Source: Patescibacteria group bacterium
GTDB taxonomy: Bacteria > Patescibacteriota > UBA1384 > XYA2-FULL-43-10 > 1-14-0-10-43-13
Assembly: GCA_041666325.1 (NCBI GenBank)
Contig: JBAYHC010000002.1
Span: 157,319-221,318 of the forward strand
DNA length: 64,000 nt
Direction of reading: 5' to 3'
Below the pieces are notes generated by a model. That model was not told the DNA's origin, ran no database searches, and was given only the letters and a program-made list of their open reading frames with translations. Shown piece after piece: positions 19,882 to 31,413 of this stretch. The first letter of the stretch is position 1; each line of letters opens with the position of its first letter. Position numbers and translations under genes: made by a program.

Positions 19882-21135
19882 ATGTCTGGCCAAAGACATA
19901 AAATAATCATATTATCTAAGATAAAATGGAAACGGACAGTGTCCCTGCTTTTATTGTGGGCCATTCTCTTTTCTTTCGCTTCAACCGTTTCGGCTTCGAC
20001 TCTTGATGATCTAATCAAGCAACAGAAGCTAAATGCCTCTATAGCTGAATCAGCGCGGAAGCAAAGAGAGCAGAAGGAGAAGGACGCTGCGTTGGTTAAA
20101 AATCAGATTGAGTATGTCAGCGACAAGATAGATGAAGCGGCCGATGCTATTGAATCGACGCAGGGCCAAATCTCAAGTACCGAAGAAACAATTGATGAGC
20201 TCACCGATAAGATTAGGGCCGAAGAAGACAATCTTGCCAAGGAGAACGACAGGCTTAAGGGAGTAGTGTCTTCGTGGTACATGGAGGGCGAAGATGGTTT
20301 TTTGATCTCGATGATAAGCTCTGACAATTTATCCCAGATGGTGACGCAGCAACAGTACTACGATTCTATTAGGCAACAGATTGACATCTCCATGAATAAG
20401 ATCCAGCAGTTGAAGGACGAGTTGCAAAAGCAGAAGGGTGAGACGACGGGTCAGTATATGGTGCTGCAGGGACTCAAGAACAATCAGCTCAGCCAGAAAA
20501 ACAATCTTGAGTTGCAAAAGAGAATTAAAGATCGATTGCTGAACGACACAAAGGCGATGGTCTCCGAGCTAAGTGTTGAAGAAGAACAGGCAAGAGCTAG
20601 AGTCGCCGAGCTGCAGTCTAAGATTGACCAGATTAAGGCTGCGTCGGTTGGAACTGGGGGTGATGTTATCTCTACTTCAGCCGAGGGTTGGTATTTAAAG
20701 CAGGTTGATGACAGGTGGAGTGACTATAAGATGGGAAATTATGCAACAATTGGTCTTTATGGCTGTCTAATAACCTCTCTTGCCATGATCGCAAACTACT
20801 ATGGCTCAAACTATACACCTGTGACAGCAGTACAAAATTCCTCATTTGTTCGCGGCGGGAGATCGGATGGCGCATTGATACAAACGTCTATCGTTAGTGA
20901 TGGGGGATCTGTCCCAATTGATTGGGCCAAGGTTGACACAGAGCTAGCAGCAAGCCATCCAGTCGTTGTCGGCGTGGCTATGGGTGTCGATATGGGCAAC
21001 ACTTATGGTGTTTCTCATTTCGTTGTACTAAAGTCCAAGATGTCAGACGGCAGATACGCGATGCAGGATCCTCTTGGTGAAGGGCGAGGCTATCGCAAAT
21101 CGCAAATCAAGGCGATGAGAGTTGTCAGACCTTGA
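19882..21135 (+). CDS. Secreted coiled-coil protein with C-terminal C39-like peptidase (putative FtsEX partner)
   Basis: Signal peptide, PcsB/CwlO-like coiled coil, Q.D.RW..IG.YGCLITS, HFVV, DP. Confidence 0.75.
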   Translation: MSGQRHKIIILSKIKWKRTVSLLLLWAILFSFASTVSASTLDDLIKQQKLNASIAESARKQREQKEKDAALVKNQIEYVSDKIDEAADAIESTQGQISSTEETIDELTDKIRAEEDNLAKENDRLKGVVSSWYMEGEDGFLISMISSDNLSQMVTQQQYYDSIRQQIDISMNKIQQLKDELQKQKGETTGQYMVLQGLKNNQLSQKNNLELQKRIKDRLLNDTKAMVSELSVEEEQARARVAELQSKIDQIKAASVGTGGDVISTSAEGWYLKQVDDRWSDYKMGNYATIGLYGCLITSLAMIANYYGSNYTPVTAVQNSSFVRGGRSDGALIQTSIVSDGGSVPIDWAKVDTELAASHPVVVGVAMGVDMGNTYGVSHFVVLKSKMSDGRYAMQDPLGEGRGYRKSQIKAMRVVRP

Positions 21136-21145
21136 ATATAGTCCA

Positions 21146-21349
21146 AGAGCCTGCTTAACAACTACGTCCGATAGTCATAACCGGCAAATTTTGTCTGCAA
21201 AGGCGCGAGTTGTTTGTCAAAGTAGTTTTGGCTACTCTTCCTCATAGCTCCCGCTTTTCGCCCCACAGAGGGGCCCATTGGTGGGGCTCAATCCGCCGGC
21301 TGGCGGATTGCTCGCTTCTGTCTTGGTGATCAGTTATTAAGCACACTTT
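21146..21349. mobile_element. Putative MITE
   Basis: Terminal inverted repeats tgcttaacaact / agttattaagca (11 of 12 match); internal palindromes, no ORF. Confidence 0.5.
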
Positions 21350-21437
21350 TAGTTTTAGCTGCGGGCACAAACAGAAAAACCATCAATCGACAATCTAGAT
21401 TCTGGCTGAAAGCAGCCTAATAGGCTATAATAGTTTT

Positions 21438-22664
21438 GTGGAAAAAGATTTCAACTCAAAAATAAAGAAAAAACACTTTCTCAAATTGGTGACTCCTGTC
21501 TTGGTTTGTGCAATATTGGTTTACCTCTCTTTTGCGATTGGATATACCCAGGGCCAAAAAAACTTTGTTTCCAAGAATCAGGACAAGGTTGTCAATACCG
21601 AATCAGGTAAACCGAAAGACGTTAGTTTCTCAATCTTTTGGGAAACCTGGAACAAGCTGAGAGAAAAATCTGTTACCGAAACTGATGCTCAAAAGATGAT
21701 TGACGGATCAATCTCCGGAATGGTCTCATCGCTCGATGATCCTTACACCATGTTCATGAGCAAGGAAGAAAATAAGCGTTTCCGTGAGGATATTTCTGGC
21801 GAGTTCGGAGGAATCGGAGTCGAAATTGCACCCAAAGATGGGGTGCCGACCGTTGTGTCTGCGCTTGATGGTACTCCAGCACAGAAGGCTGGGATTAAGA
21901 CAGGTGATATCGTCGATGAAGTTGACGGCACTAAGACTTCAACAATCAGTTTTGAGGAAACAATAAACAAAATTCGTGGCCAAAAGGGCTCTGAGGTTAA
22001 ACTAAAAATCGTTCGTGCAGCAACTGCCGACCCAATTGAATACAGCGTTGTTAGAGATACCATTGTCGTTAAGAGCGTCCAATGGGAGAGGAAGAAGGAG
22101 GGTAGCAAGGACATCCTTTACATCAAGGTTAGACAATTCGGTGACGATACTAGCAAGGGTTTTTCTGATATCGCCAAGGAGGTTGCTGCATCAAAGCCTG
22201 ATGGGATAGTTGTCGATCTGCGCAACAACCCTGGCGGGTACTTGGTGACAGCCGTTGACTTGGCCAGTTACTTTATCGATGGCGGCGTGGTTGTTTCTGA
22301 GAAAGGCAAAAACGACAAAGTCAAAGAATACAAAACAACGACTAAGGCTCGCTTAAAAAATTATAAATTGGCCGTGCTGGTGAACAAAGGGTCTGCTTCT
22401 GCTTCGGAGATTTTTGCCGGAGCGGTTCAAGACAGGGGCTCAGGAAAAATATTCGGAGAAAAAACCTTTGGCAAAGGGAGTGTCCAGGAGCTAGTTGAGC
22501 TTTCCGATGGTTCTGCCTTAAAGGTTACGGTTGCAAAGTGGTTTACGCCAAAAGGGCGCCAGATAAATGAGCAGGGAATCTCTCCCGATGTTGAAGTAAG
22601 CGATCAGGAATCAACCGCGGATGACGAGCAGCTCATCAAGGCTCTTGAGTATGTGAGAAATTAA
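21438..22664 (+). CDS. ctpA: S41 C-terminal processing protease (CtpA-like)
   Basis: LDDPYT, PDZ GGIGVEI, DLRNNPGG, SASASEI, TFGKGSVQ. Confidence 0.93.
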   Translation: MEKDFNSKIKKKHFLKLVTPVLVCAILVYLSFAIGYTQGQKNFVSKNQDKVVNTESGKPKDVSFSIFWETWNKLREKSVTETDAQKMIDGSISGMVSSLDDPYTMFMSKEENKRFREDISGEFGGIGVEIAPKDGVPTVVSALDGTPAQKAGIKTGDIVDEVDGTKTSTISFEETINKIRGQKGSEVKLKIVRAATADPIEYSVVRDTIVVKSVQWERKKEGSKDILYIKVRQFGDDTSKGFSDIAKEVAASKPDGIVVDLRNNPGGYLVTAVDLASYFIDGGVVVSEKGKNDKVKEYKTTTKARLKNYKLAVLVNKGSASASEIFAGAVQDRGSGKIFGEKTFGKGSVQELVELSDGSALKVTVAKWFTPKGRQINEQGISPDVEVSDQESTADDEQLIKALEYVRN

Positions 22665-22703
22665 ATTTTCGATATGCACATAATCGGTTGCTTCTGATAA
22701 CGT

Positions 22704-24815
22704 GTGCAGACGACCAAATGGAGGGAGTTAGTGGCAGGGGATAATTCTACAAATACGACCCAAAGTTCTGCAACAAGCGTGCCGAATGCGGTTGCGGTTC
22801 CAGTAGCGCAACCAAATTCTGGAAGTCCTTGGGACGAGGATATTGACTTGCCCTCGGAGGAACCAGGGGTGAAGCCAACCGTGATTGGTTCTCTTGACGA
22901 TAGCGGTGACGAGAGCGCGCCAGTTCCTTTTTCTGTTCCAAAAGATATTGAGGAAAAGATTGGCCAGAAGGTTCCAGCAGAGAACTATATTGATCCTGAT
23001 CCCAGCAAAGTCGCTGCTGCAACATCCACCACTATTCCGGCGCAAATCCCAACAAACGAAAAAACTGTCGACACAATCAAGCCTAATGTCGGTCAAACTC
23101 AAGTCGCTAGCAACCCTTCAGCGCAAGTGGGGAGTCGGCCCAATTCTGGGCAAGTGCCAAGCCAAAATATTGTTGCAAACCTAAAAGCAAAAATTGAAAA
23201 CAAACCACAACACGATGAAAAGGCGCTCTCGCTAAATTCCTCTAATGATTATGTGGCACAAAAAATTGGTATAGATTCCGCCAGTCCACCCGCTGAAGCA
23301 GTGCCAGTTCCTGCCGTTGCCCCAAAGAAGACGTCCAGTTTTGAAATTGTTAGACTAATCCCCTTGTTTGTCTTGGTAATACCTCTATTCTTATTGCTAA
23401 TTTTGTCGCTGCTCACAGAAAAGGGTTTTTTGTCGATCGGAGTTGAGAAGATCTATGGTGCTGTCGGCTTAGAACGACTTTGGGGCGGTCTGTCCAAGGA
23501 TGCCGAGAGTTCACTTGTTAGAAGCGTGGTGGAAATGAGATCCCATCCCAACTTTAAGATAAAAGGGACAATGACTTTGTCGATTGATAAGTCTATAAAG
23601 TCGATAATTGTTTCGCCTCTCGTTGCAATCGGCCCGGATAAAAATATTGTCGCTGACTCGAATGTCTTAAATATTGTTACGGCTGCTATAACTCAGGGTA
23701 CTTCGAATGGTAGCTCTTCTGCCTACGATTACACCATAACAAATAGCTATCTTGACGAGACTTCAAGCGATGATCCCGGCTCTGGCTCTGATACTAGCTC
23801 CAGTTCTGTCTACGATGATGTTGCATCCACCGGTACCTCGGCATCGAGTTCGGCTGGTAGCTCAACAACCACGAAGAAACAAGAGGATTATCCTTCGTAC
23901 CAATATCAAGGATCGACAATCAAAGATGTCGACGTCAGTATTGCGTCATCGTTTGGGGAAAACGGAAACGAGAGCACACTGGAGGTCAAAAAAACTAGTG
24001 GAACCTATCCGGTCTTGCTGAAGAACAAAGAAGATAAATTATGGTTGAAGAGTGATCCCTATATCAAATATAGCAATCGAGTGAGCAATGATCAGTGGCT
24101 CGAGTACACCATTCCCTCACTCTTGGGCAAAAAAGTCCAGTCAGAGTTTTTCTCGCTCAAATCTGACGCCGGCCTATCGGTGCGTGGAATAAGGTTGGGC
24201 AATGAAAAGATCGGGGGTGAGAGGGCTTATCATTACAAGGTTTCCAGTTTTGAGATTGGTAACTCGCTATCATCTTTGGGCATAACTTCGGATATGGTCC
24301 AGAGTGTCTCGGGCGATATTTGGATCGGAGTTGAGGACAAACTGATCAAGCGGGCCGAACTGAAGATTCTGACCTCGCCTTCAACTGCAGTAACACAGAT
24401 CATTCTAAAGGCTGATTTTATTGACTACGACGTAGAAAATAGGTTAACGGCTCCCGAGGATAATTTGGTCATTAAAGCCACCGAGGATGATCTAAGTGTC
24501 AATACTGATGTGCGGCGCAAGGGTGATCTGGCAACAATTCGCGATGCGCTAGAGGAGTACAAAGTTGATAATGACAAGTATCCGGAAACCAACGGTATTG
24601 TCAAACTTAATAGTCCTGGTAATATCTTAGGCAGTAGACTCGTACCCAGTTATCTCGCTGCGTTGCCATCGGATCCGAAAGCTACGGAGGGTTGGTATTA
24701 TTCTTACAAGTCGGATGGGAAAACCTTTAGTCTTGGGTCGCGCCTAGAAAATGAGACAGATCCCGAGGGTCAGTCTGTTGGTTCGGTGTACCTTTATCTT
24801 TTGTATAATAAGTAA
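22704..24815 (+). CDS. Membrane protein with low-complexity N-terminus and C-terminal pilin/GspG-like domain
   Basis: TM at ~aa 215-240; C-terminal D..RK.DL..I..ALE.Y..DN..YP and LP.DP motifs; start uncertain. Confidence 0.7.
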   Translation: MQTTKWRELVAGDNSTNTTQSSATSVPNAVAVPVAQPNSGSPWDEDIDLPSEEPGVKPTVIGSLDDSGDESAPVPFSVPKDIEEKIGQKVPAENYIDPDPSKVAAATSTTIPAQIPTNEKTVDTIKPNVGQTQVASNPSAQVGSRPNSGQVPSQNIVANLKAKIENKPQHDEKALSLNSSNDYVAQKIGIDSASPPAEAVPVPAVAPKKTSSFEIVRLIPLFVLVIPLFLLLILSLLTEKGFLSIGVEKIYGAVGLERLWGGLSKDAESSLVRSVVEMRSHPNFKIKGTMTLSIDKSIKSIIVSPLVAIGPDKNIVADSNVLNIVTAAITQGTSNGSSSAYDYTITNSYLDETSSDDPGSGSDTSSSSVYDDVASTGTSASSSAGSSTTTKKQEDYPSYQYQGSTIKDVDVSIASSFGENGNESTLEVKKTSGTYPVLLKNKEDKLWLKSDPYIKYSNRVSNDQWLEYTIPSLLGKKVQSEFFSLKSDAGLSVRGIRLGNEKIGGERAYHYKVSSFEIGNSLSSLGITSDMVQSVSGDIWIGVEDKLIKRAELKILTSPSTAVTQIILKADFIDYDVENRLTAPEDNLVIKATEDDLSVNTDVRRKGDLATIRDALEEYKVDNDKYPETNGIVKLNSPGNILGSRLVPSYLAALPSDPKATEGWYYSYKSDGKTFSLGSRLENETDPEGQSVGSVYLYLLYNK

Positions 24816-24896
24816 TTAAGAGTCGAAGGGGCAGAGACAGAAGCTGAAGGTCGCACTCTCGGTCTCTCTTGCCTCGCGCACTTACAAGGAGTTTAT

Positions 24897-25442
24897 ATGT
24901 GGATTGCAATTGGTGCTGTTGTCGCTGTCATTCTTATTGTCGCAGTAATGTACAATCGATTAGTATCGCTGAAAACAAGAACAGAGGAAGCTTGGAGCGA
25001 TATTGATGTTCAGCTCAAGCGCAGGTATGATTTGATTCCCAACCTGGTCGAGACTGTCAAAGGTTATGCAAAGCACGAAAAAGGACTCCTGGAAGAGGTC
25101 ACAAGGGCTAGGGCGGAGGCAATTAGCGCTAAGGGAATTGGGCCGCAGGCCAAGGCAGAGAATCACATAACGGAAGCTTTGCGTTCAGTTTTTGCTGTAG
25201 CTGAGAATTACCCTGACCTCAAGGCAAATCAGAATTTTGCGCAGTTGCAGTCTGAGATAACCGATACCGAGGACAAAATTCAGGCTGCTCGTCGTTTTTA
25301 CAATGGAAATGTGCGCGATCTCAATATTGCAATAAGGAGCCTTCCAACCAATATTATTGCTGGCCTCTTCGGATTTAAGGAAAGAGAGTTGTTTGAGCTG
25401 GAAAATGAAGCCGAGCGCAAGCCTGTCGAGGTTAAGTTCTAA
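24897..25442 (+). CDS. lemA: LemA family protein
   Basis: QLKRRYDLIPNLVETVKGY, AENYPDLKAN. Confidence 0.96.
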   Translation: MWIAIGAVVAVILIVAVMYNRLVSLKTRTEEAWSDIDVQLKRRYDLIPNLVETVKGYAKHEKGLLEEVTRARAEAISAKGIGPQAKAENHITEALRSVFAVAENYPDLKANQNFAQLQSEITDTEDKIQAARRFYNGNVRDLNIAIRSLPTNIIAGLFGFKERELFELENEAERKPVEVKF

Positions 25443-25471
25443 TAATTATTCTTTCGAGTAAAAGGAGCCAA

Positions 25472-25888
25472 ATGCCTGCCAAAAGTGGATTAGCCATTCA
25501 TCACAAGATAAGAGAAAAAGCTAAACACATAGCGCGACAAGTGTCGAAGAGAATCAAGCCCAAGAAGAAAAAACAGAACGATTTTCCTTTGATAGAGAAT
25601 AATGTTAAGTCAAGAATTATGGCAGCGTTGTCATATGTTCATGTCGTTGTCTTGGTACCGTTGGTTTTTGCTCGAAAAAATAGCTACGTTAAATTTCATG
25701 CCAAACAGGGTGTTGGGTTGTTGATCATTTGGCTTCTAGCACTTCTTCTCTTTTGGGTACCAATAGTTGGCTGGCTGCTGGTTCTTGTTTCCGTTGCCGG
25801 CCTGTTTTTTGGGGTTACGTCAGCACTCACCGGACAGGAAAAACGTTTGCCCGTCATCGGCCGGATGGCCCAGAGCTTCAAGGTCTAA
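25472..25888 (+). CDS. DUF4870/Tic20-like membrane protein
   Basis: AALSY, VKFHAKQG, LPVIG pattern. Confidence 0.75.
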   Translation: MPAKSGLAIHHKIREKAKHIARQVSKRIKPKKKKQNDFPLIENNVKSRIMAALSYVHVVVLVPLVFARKNSYVKFHAKQGVGLLIIWLLALLLFWVPIVGWLLVLVSVAGLFFGVTSALTGQEKRLPVIGRMAQSFKV

Positions 25889-26083
25889 GCGAGCTCGGTA
25901 TTTGACTTATTGAGTCGGGAGAGATATTTTCAGGCTGATAGTTCGTGTTTAAAGATAGCAGTAAGGCAGTGGGGAAGTAAGCTTCAAGACGGTTGCTCGA
26001 TTTGTTGCTCTACTGATCTTGCCGCATCATTATTTACTGGTATCTTGTTTGTTATTTGAAATTTTGACTTAGGACTTATTGTT

Positions 26084-26956
26084 ATGTATTCACAAATTGA
26101 TTCAAACAAGCGAAGAACAGCTTTTCTACTCGCCATCTTTCTAATATTCATTATTGGCCTAGGTTGGTTCTTGTCACGGGTTTATGGTAATCCGGCCATA
26201 CTTTACATTGCGGCAATTTTTAGTATGGTTCAGACACTCGTAAGTTACTATTACTCTGATAAAATTGCCCTGGCCGTTTCCAACGCCACGGAAGCGCCAA
26301 GAAAGGAGCCGTTTCTTGAGCTTCATCGTATTGTGGAGAATCTTGCTATCACAGCCGGAATTCCTCGGCCGAAAATTTATATAATCGAGGATAGTGCCCC
26401 GAATGCGTTTGCTACCGGGCGTGATCCGAAACATGCGGCTGTTGCCGTAACGACGGGGCTGTTGTCCAAATTAAATAAACCTCAGATGGAGGGCGTGATC
26501 GCACACGAGCTTTCGCATATTGGTAATTATGATATTCGCCTGATGACGGTAGTGGTTGTGCTGGTCGGCACAGTAGCGCTTGCGGCGGATTGGTTTTTGC
26601 GCAGTCTTTGGTTTCATGGCGACAGGGAGGAAAGACAAGGTGGTCAATTTCTTATCTTGATAGGAATTGTCTTGGCTGTGGTGGCGCCAATCGCAGCAAC
26701 GTTGATTCAGCTGGCGATCAGTCGAAAGCGCGAGTATTTGGCGGACGCAACCGGCGCTCTCATGACCCGCTATCCCGACGGTTTGGCTGAGGCGCTTGAG
26801 ATAATTGCCAAGGACAAGGAGCCGCTCGAAGTAGCTAACCGGGCAACCGCCCATCTCTACATTTCAAATCCACTTAAGGGCGTGAATATATCAACACTGT
26901 TTTCGACTCACCCGCCGATTGAAGACCGAGTCAAACGACTCCGCCATATGGCATGA
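26084..26956 (+). CDS. htpX: Zinc metalloprotease HtpX
   Basis: PNAFATG, AHELSH, SRKREYLAD, FSTHPP. Confidence 0.96.
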   Translation: MYSQIDSNKRRTAFLLAIFLIFIIGLGWFLSRVYGNPAILYIAAIFSMVQTLVSYYYSDKIALAVSNATEAPRKEPFLELHRIVENLAITAGIPRPKIYIIEDSAPNAFATGRDPKHAAVAVTTGLLSKLNKPQMEGVIAHELSHIGNYDIRLMTVVVVLVGTVALAADWFLRSLWFHGDREERQGGQFLILIGIVLAVVAPIAATLIQLAISRKREYLADATGALMTRYPDGLAEALEIIAKDKEPLEVANRATAHLYISNPLKGVNISTLFSTHPPIEDRVKRLRHMA

Positions 26957-27017
26957 GGACAAATAAAAAAGCGGGGGGCCAGGCTCCCCCGCTGCGGTAC
27001 GTGTTGTTCGGTTGCTC

Positions 27018-27599
27018 TCACCGAGGCGAGAACTTGATCGGAAAGGTCTTGGTCGCACTCTTGCCTTTCCACTCGATCTTGACCAGGACCTCGCCACGGT
27101 CCATCTTGGGGAGCAAGACGCTCTCTTCGTGTTCGAAAATGAAGACGTCCTTTGGCGGTGCCAAGGAACGCCACTCGTAGGAGATGACCGGAGTCATCCT
27201 GCCTGCGATCTTCTCGTGGTGCATGTAGAACTTGCTTGTCTCGAACTTGCGACGCCGGTAGGCGATGTAGTGGCCGTTTGCGTCACGTAACCAGATGTGG
27301 GTAGTTAGCCCACGGATCAGGGGTACCCAGGCGAACACCTGCATGCTGTTGATGTCGGTGTACTGGAAGGACTTGCCGTTCGGGTCCAGGCCGGACTCGA
27401 ACTGGGGCAGGGCCTCCTTTGTTACCGTAACAAGGGCCTTCTCAAAGAAGGTGCTGGGCTGGTAGCTGCGGATCTTCTCCTCGCGCAGGTCTTCGCGACT
27501 CCCCTTGACTGTCTCGCAGCGCAAATCCGGCGGGATAGGTCCCGCAAGCGCCGCCGACATGGCCGTGACGACCAAGGTTATAATCAGCCGTTGTTTCAT
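27018..27599 (-). CDS. Hypothetical secreted protein
   Basis: MKQRLIITLVVTAMSAALA signal peptide, GGAGG RBS, GC-rich codons; terminator hairpin at ~26965-26995. Confidence 0.75.
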   Translation of the reverse strand: MKQRLIITLVVTAMSAALAGPIPPDLRCETVKGSREDLREEKIRSYQPSTFFEKALVTVTKEALPQFESGLDPNGKSFQYTDINSMQVFAWVPLIRGLTTHIWLRDANGHYIAYRRRKFETSKFYMHHEKIAGRMTPVISYEWRSLAPPKDVFIFEHEESVLLPKMDRGEVLVKIEWKGKSATKTFPIKFSPR

Positions 27600-27712
27600 C
27601 GGTATCCCTCCGTCTCTCTGCCTGGCGGTGATACTGTACAATATTTTGCCTTTTTGTGCAATAGTTAGCGACAGGACGAAGAAAAAAGCCAGCGGGCTAT
27701 ATGCCGCTGGCG

Positions 27713-28627
27713 TCAAAGGGTCAGGCCCTGGATGAGGCCATTATCGAGCGCAATATAAAGTGTATCCGGCGAAGCGGCAAGAGATGTAATTCTTCGATTG
27801 AAACGCATAACATTTGCAACTCGCTCGCAGTTACCGAGTTGTTCGAATAGTCCCAGTCTGAACACATCTTCGTTGTCTTCCTTGATCGCCGCTGCTAAAA
27901 TTTTGTCCCAGAGCGTCATGGCAGTAATCCAGCCATAATAAGTTCCAATGAAACGACCCTCGCGCCGCTCTGCCGCCACCTCCTCGACTAGATGCAAGCG
28001 TACCTCAGCTTGCGAGCCAATGGCAATCAGGTCTTTGCCGTAGGGGCCACAGGGCCGGATCGAGCTCATTGACCAGGCAAAACTTGTTCCATTGGTGCAA
28101 CCATCGTAATCTTCCTCGAAATCTCCCCAGCGATAGCGCTTGGTCTGTGCATCCGTTACGGCGATCAGATTCTTCTGTGAGTCAAAGTGGAGGCCAACCA
28201 CATTCTCTTTGCTGATCGGAATAAACTTGAGAAGACCGGGCAAGTGGATGTCCCAGATGCCAATCCCCTGGCAACTTCCACTGGCAATCAGGCCATTATT
28301 ACTGAAAGCCAAGGCCATTATCACATTCTTGTCGTGCGGGGAGTAGATCGCAACAGGATTTACCTCCCCTGGTTCTTCTTCAAGGCTATGGAGATAGATA
28401 TCGCCCTTAACGTTGCCGTAGGCTGCCAACTTGCCATCAGGTGAGACTGCTTGAGCGGTGAAATTGCGCAAGAAAGTGCCAGAGCTAGTCCTAACTTTCT
28501 GCTTCGTGTTGTAGACCCAGAAGCCTTTGCCGGCAGTGGCAACAAGCACCAGGCCATCATCGGAGATGACTAGCCTTGGTATATCCCCCTTCTTTATTCC
28601 AAGATGGGCCAAGTTGTAAAGGTTCAT
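27713..28627 (-). CDS. WD40/beta-propeller repeat protein
   Basis: AVSPDG..AAYG..KG.I, LAFS..GLIASGS...IGIWD; GGAGGT RBS. Confidence 0.75.
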   Translation of the reverse strand: MNLYNLAHLGIKKGDIPRLVISDDGLVLVATAGKGFWVYNTKQKVRTSSGTFLRNFTAQAVSPDGKLAAYGNVKGDIYLHSLEEEPGEVNPVAIYSPHDKNVIMALAFSNNGLIASGSCQGIGIWDIHLPGLLKFIPISKENVVGLHFDSQKNLIAVTDAQTKRYRWGDFEEDYDGCTNGTSFAWSMSSIRPCGPYGKDLIAIGSQAEVRLHLVEEVAAERREGRFIGTYYGWITAMTLWDKILAAAIKEDNEDVFRLGLFEQLGNCERVANVMRFNRRITSLAASPDTLYIALDNGLIQGLTL

Positions 28628-28703
28628 TCCCTCACCTCCATCAAATTGCAGGCCTAGGACCTGCGCTATCTGATCTATACCGTATTGTTGTTTGGTTGTC
28701 TAG

Positions 28704-30815
<2,112 letters not shown>

Positions 30816-30847
30816 TCAATACATAAAGATTAATTCTAAGGTGAAGT

Positions 30848-31303
30848 ATGGAGAATTTAGGACCAAAAGACATCAATGGTTTGTCTGAGAAGGACAGACA
30901 GATGCTGGAGCCTGGTGCGAAGGGCGAGAAGAAACCTGGTGCGGACGCAAAACCAGACAACGTCAGATCTCAGGACTCGCGCGAAGCAGGCGTTCTGCGC
31001 AAAATGGCACGCATAGCCAAGGATAAGGGTGAGATAGTTAAGCTCTTGGCGATGATTGCCAGCTATGAGCATGAGGTTCCGGGCAAGCGGCCGCAGCCTC
31101 CTATTCAGAAGACGGCTATTGTTCGGAATGAGTACGAAGGCCAAGTGGGCACTTCTCAGTCCAAAGCCATCCAGAGTGCTGAGTCTCGGCCGGTCAACAA
31201 ATCGCAAGCCTTTGAATTCGGCGGAAAACAGATAAATGTTTCGTCTCGAAGCCAGGAAAAAGGCACCAATCCACCCGGATCAGCGCAGGGAATCCCTGTT
31301 TAA
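30848..31303 (+). CDS. Hypothetical hydrophilic protein
   Basis: 151-aa ORF, AAGGTG RBS; no recognised motif. Confidence 0.7.
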   Translation: MENLGPKDINGLSEKDRQMLEPGAKGEKKPGADAKPDNVRSQDSREAGVLRKMARIAKDKGEIVKLLAMIASYEHEVPGKRPQPPIQKTAIVRNEYEGQVGTSQSKAIQSAESRPVNKSQAFEFGGKQINVSSRSQEKGTNPPGSAQGIPV

Positions 31304-31378
31304 TATTCAAAAAATGATGTCCTACACGTAAAATATGGTACATGGGCAAGGTCCCGGCCCAATTTTGTTGTTGCCCTC

Positions 31379-31407
31379 TTGACAAATATCCACGCCTGTG
31401 GTAGCAT
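31379..31407 (+). promoter_or_regulatory. Sigma70 promoter of the candidate large ncRNA
   Basis: TTGACA-17 nt-TAGCAT with extended TGn. Confidence 0.75.
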
Positions 31408-31413
31408 ATTGGC

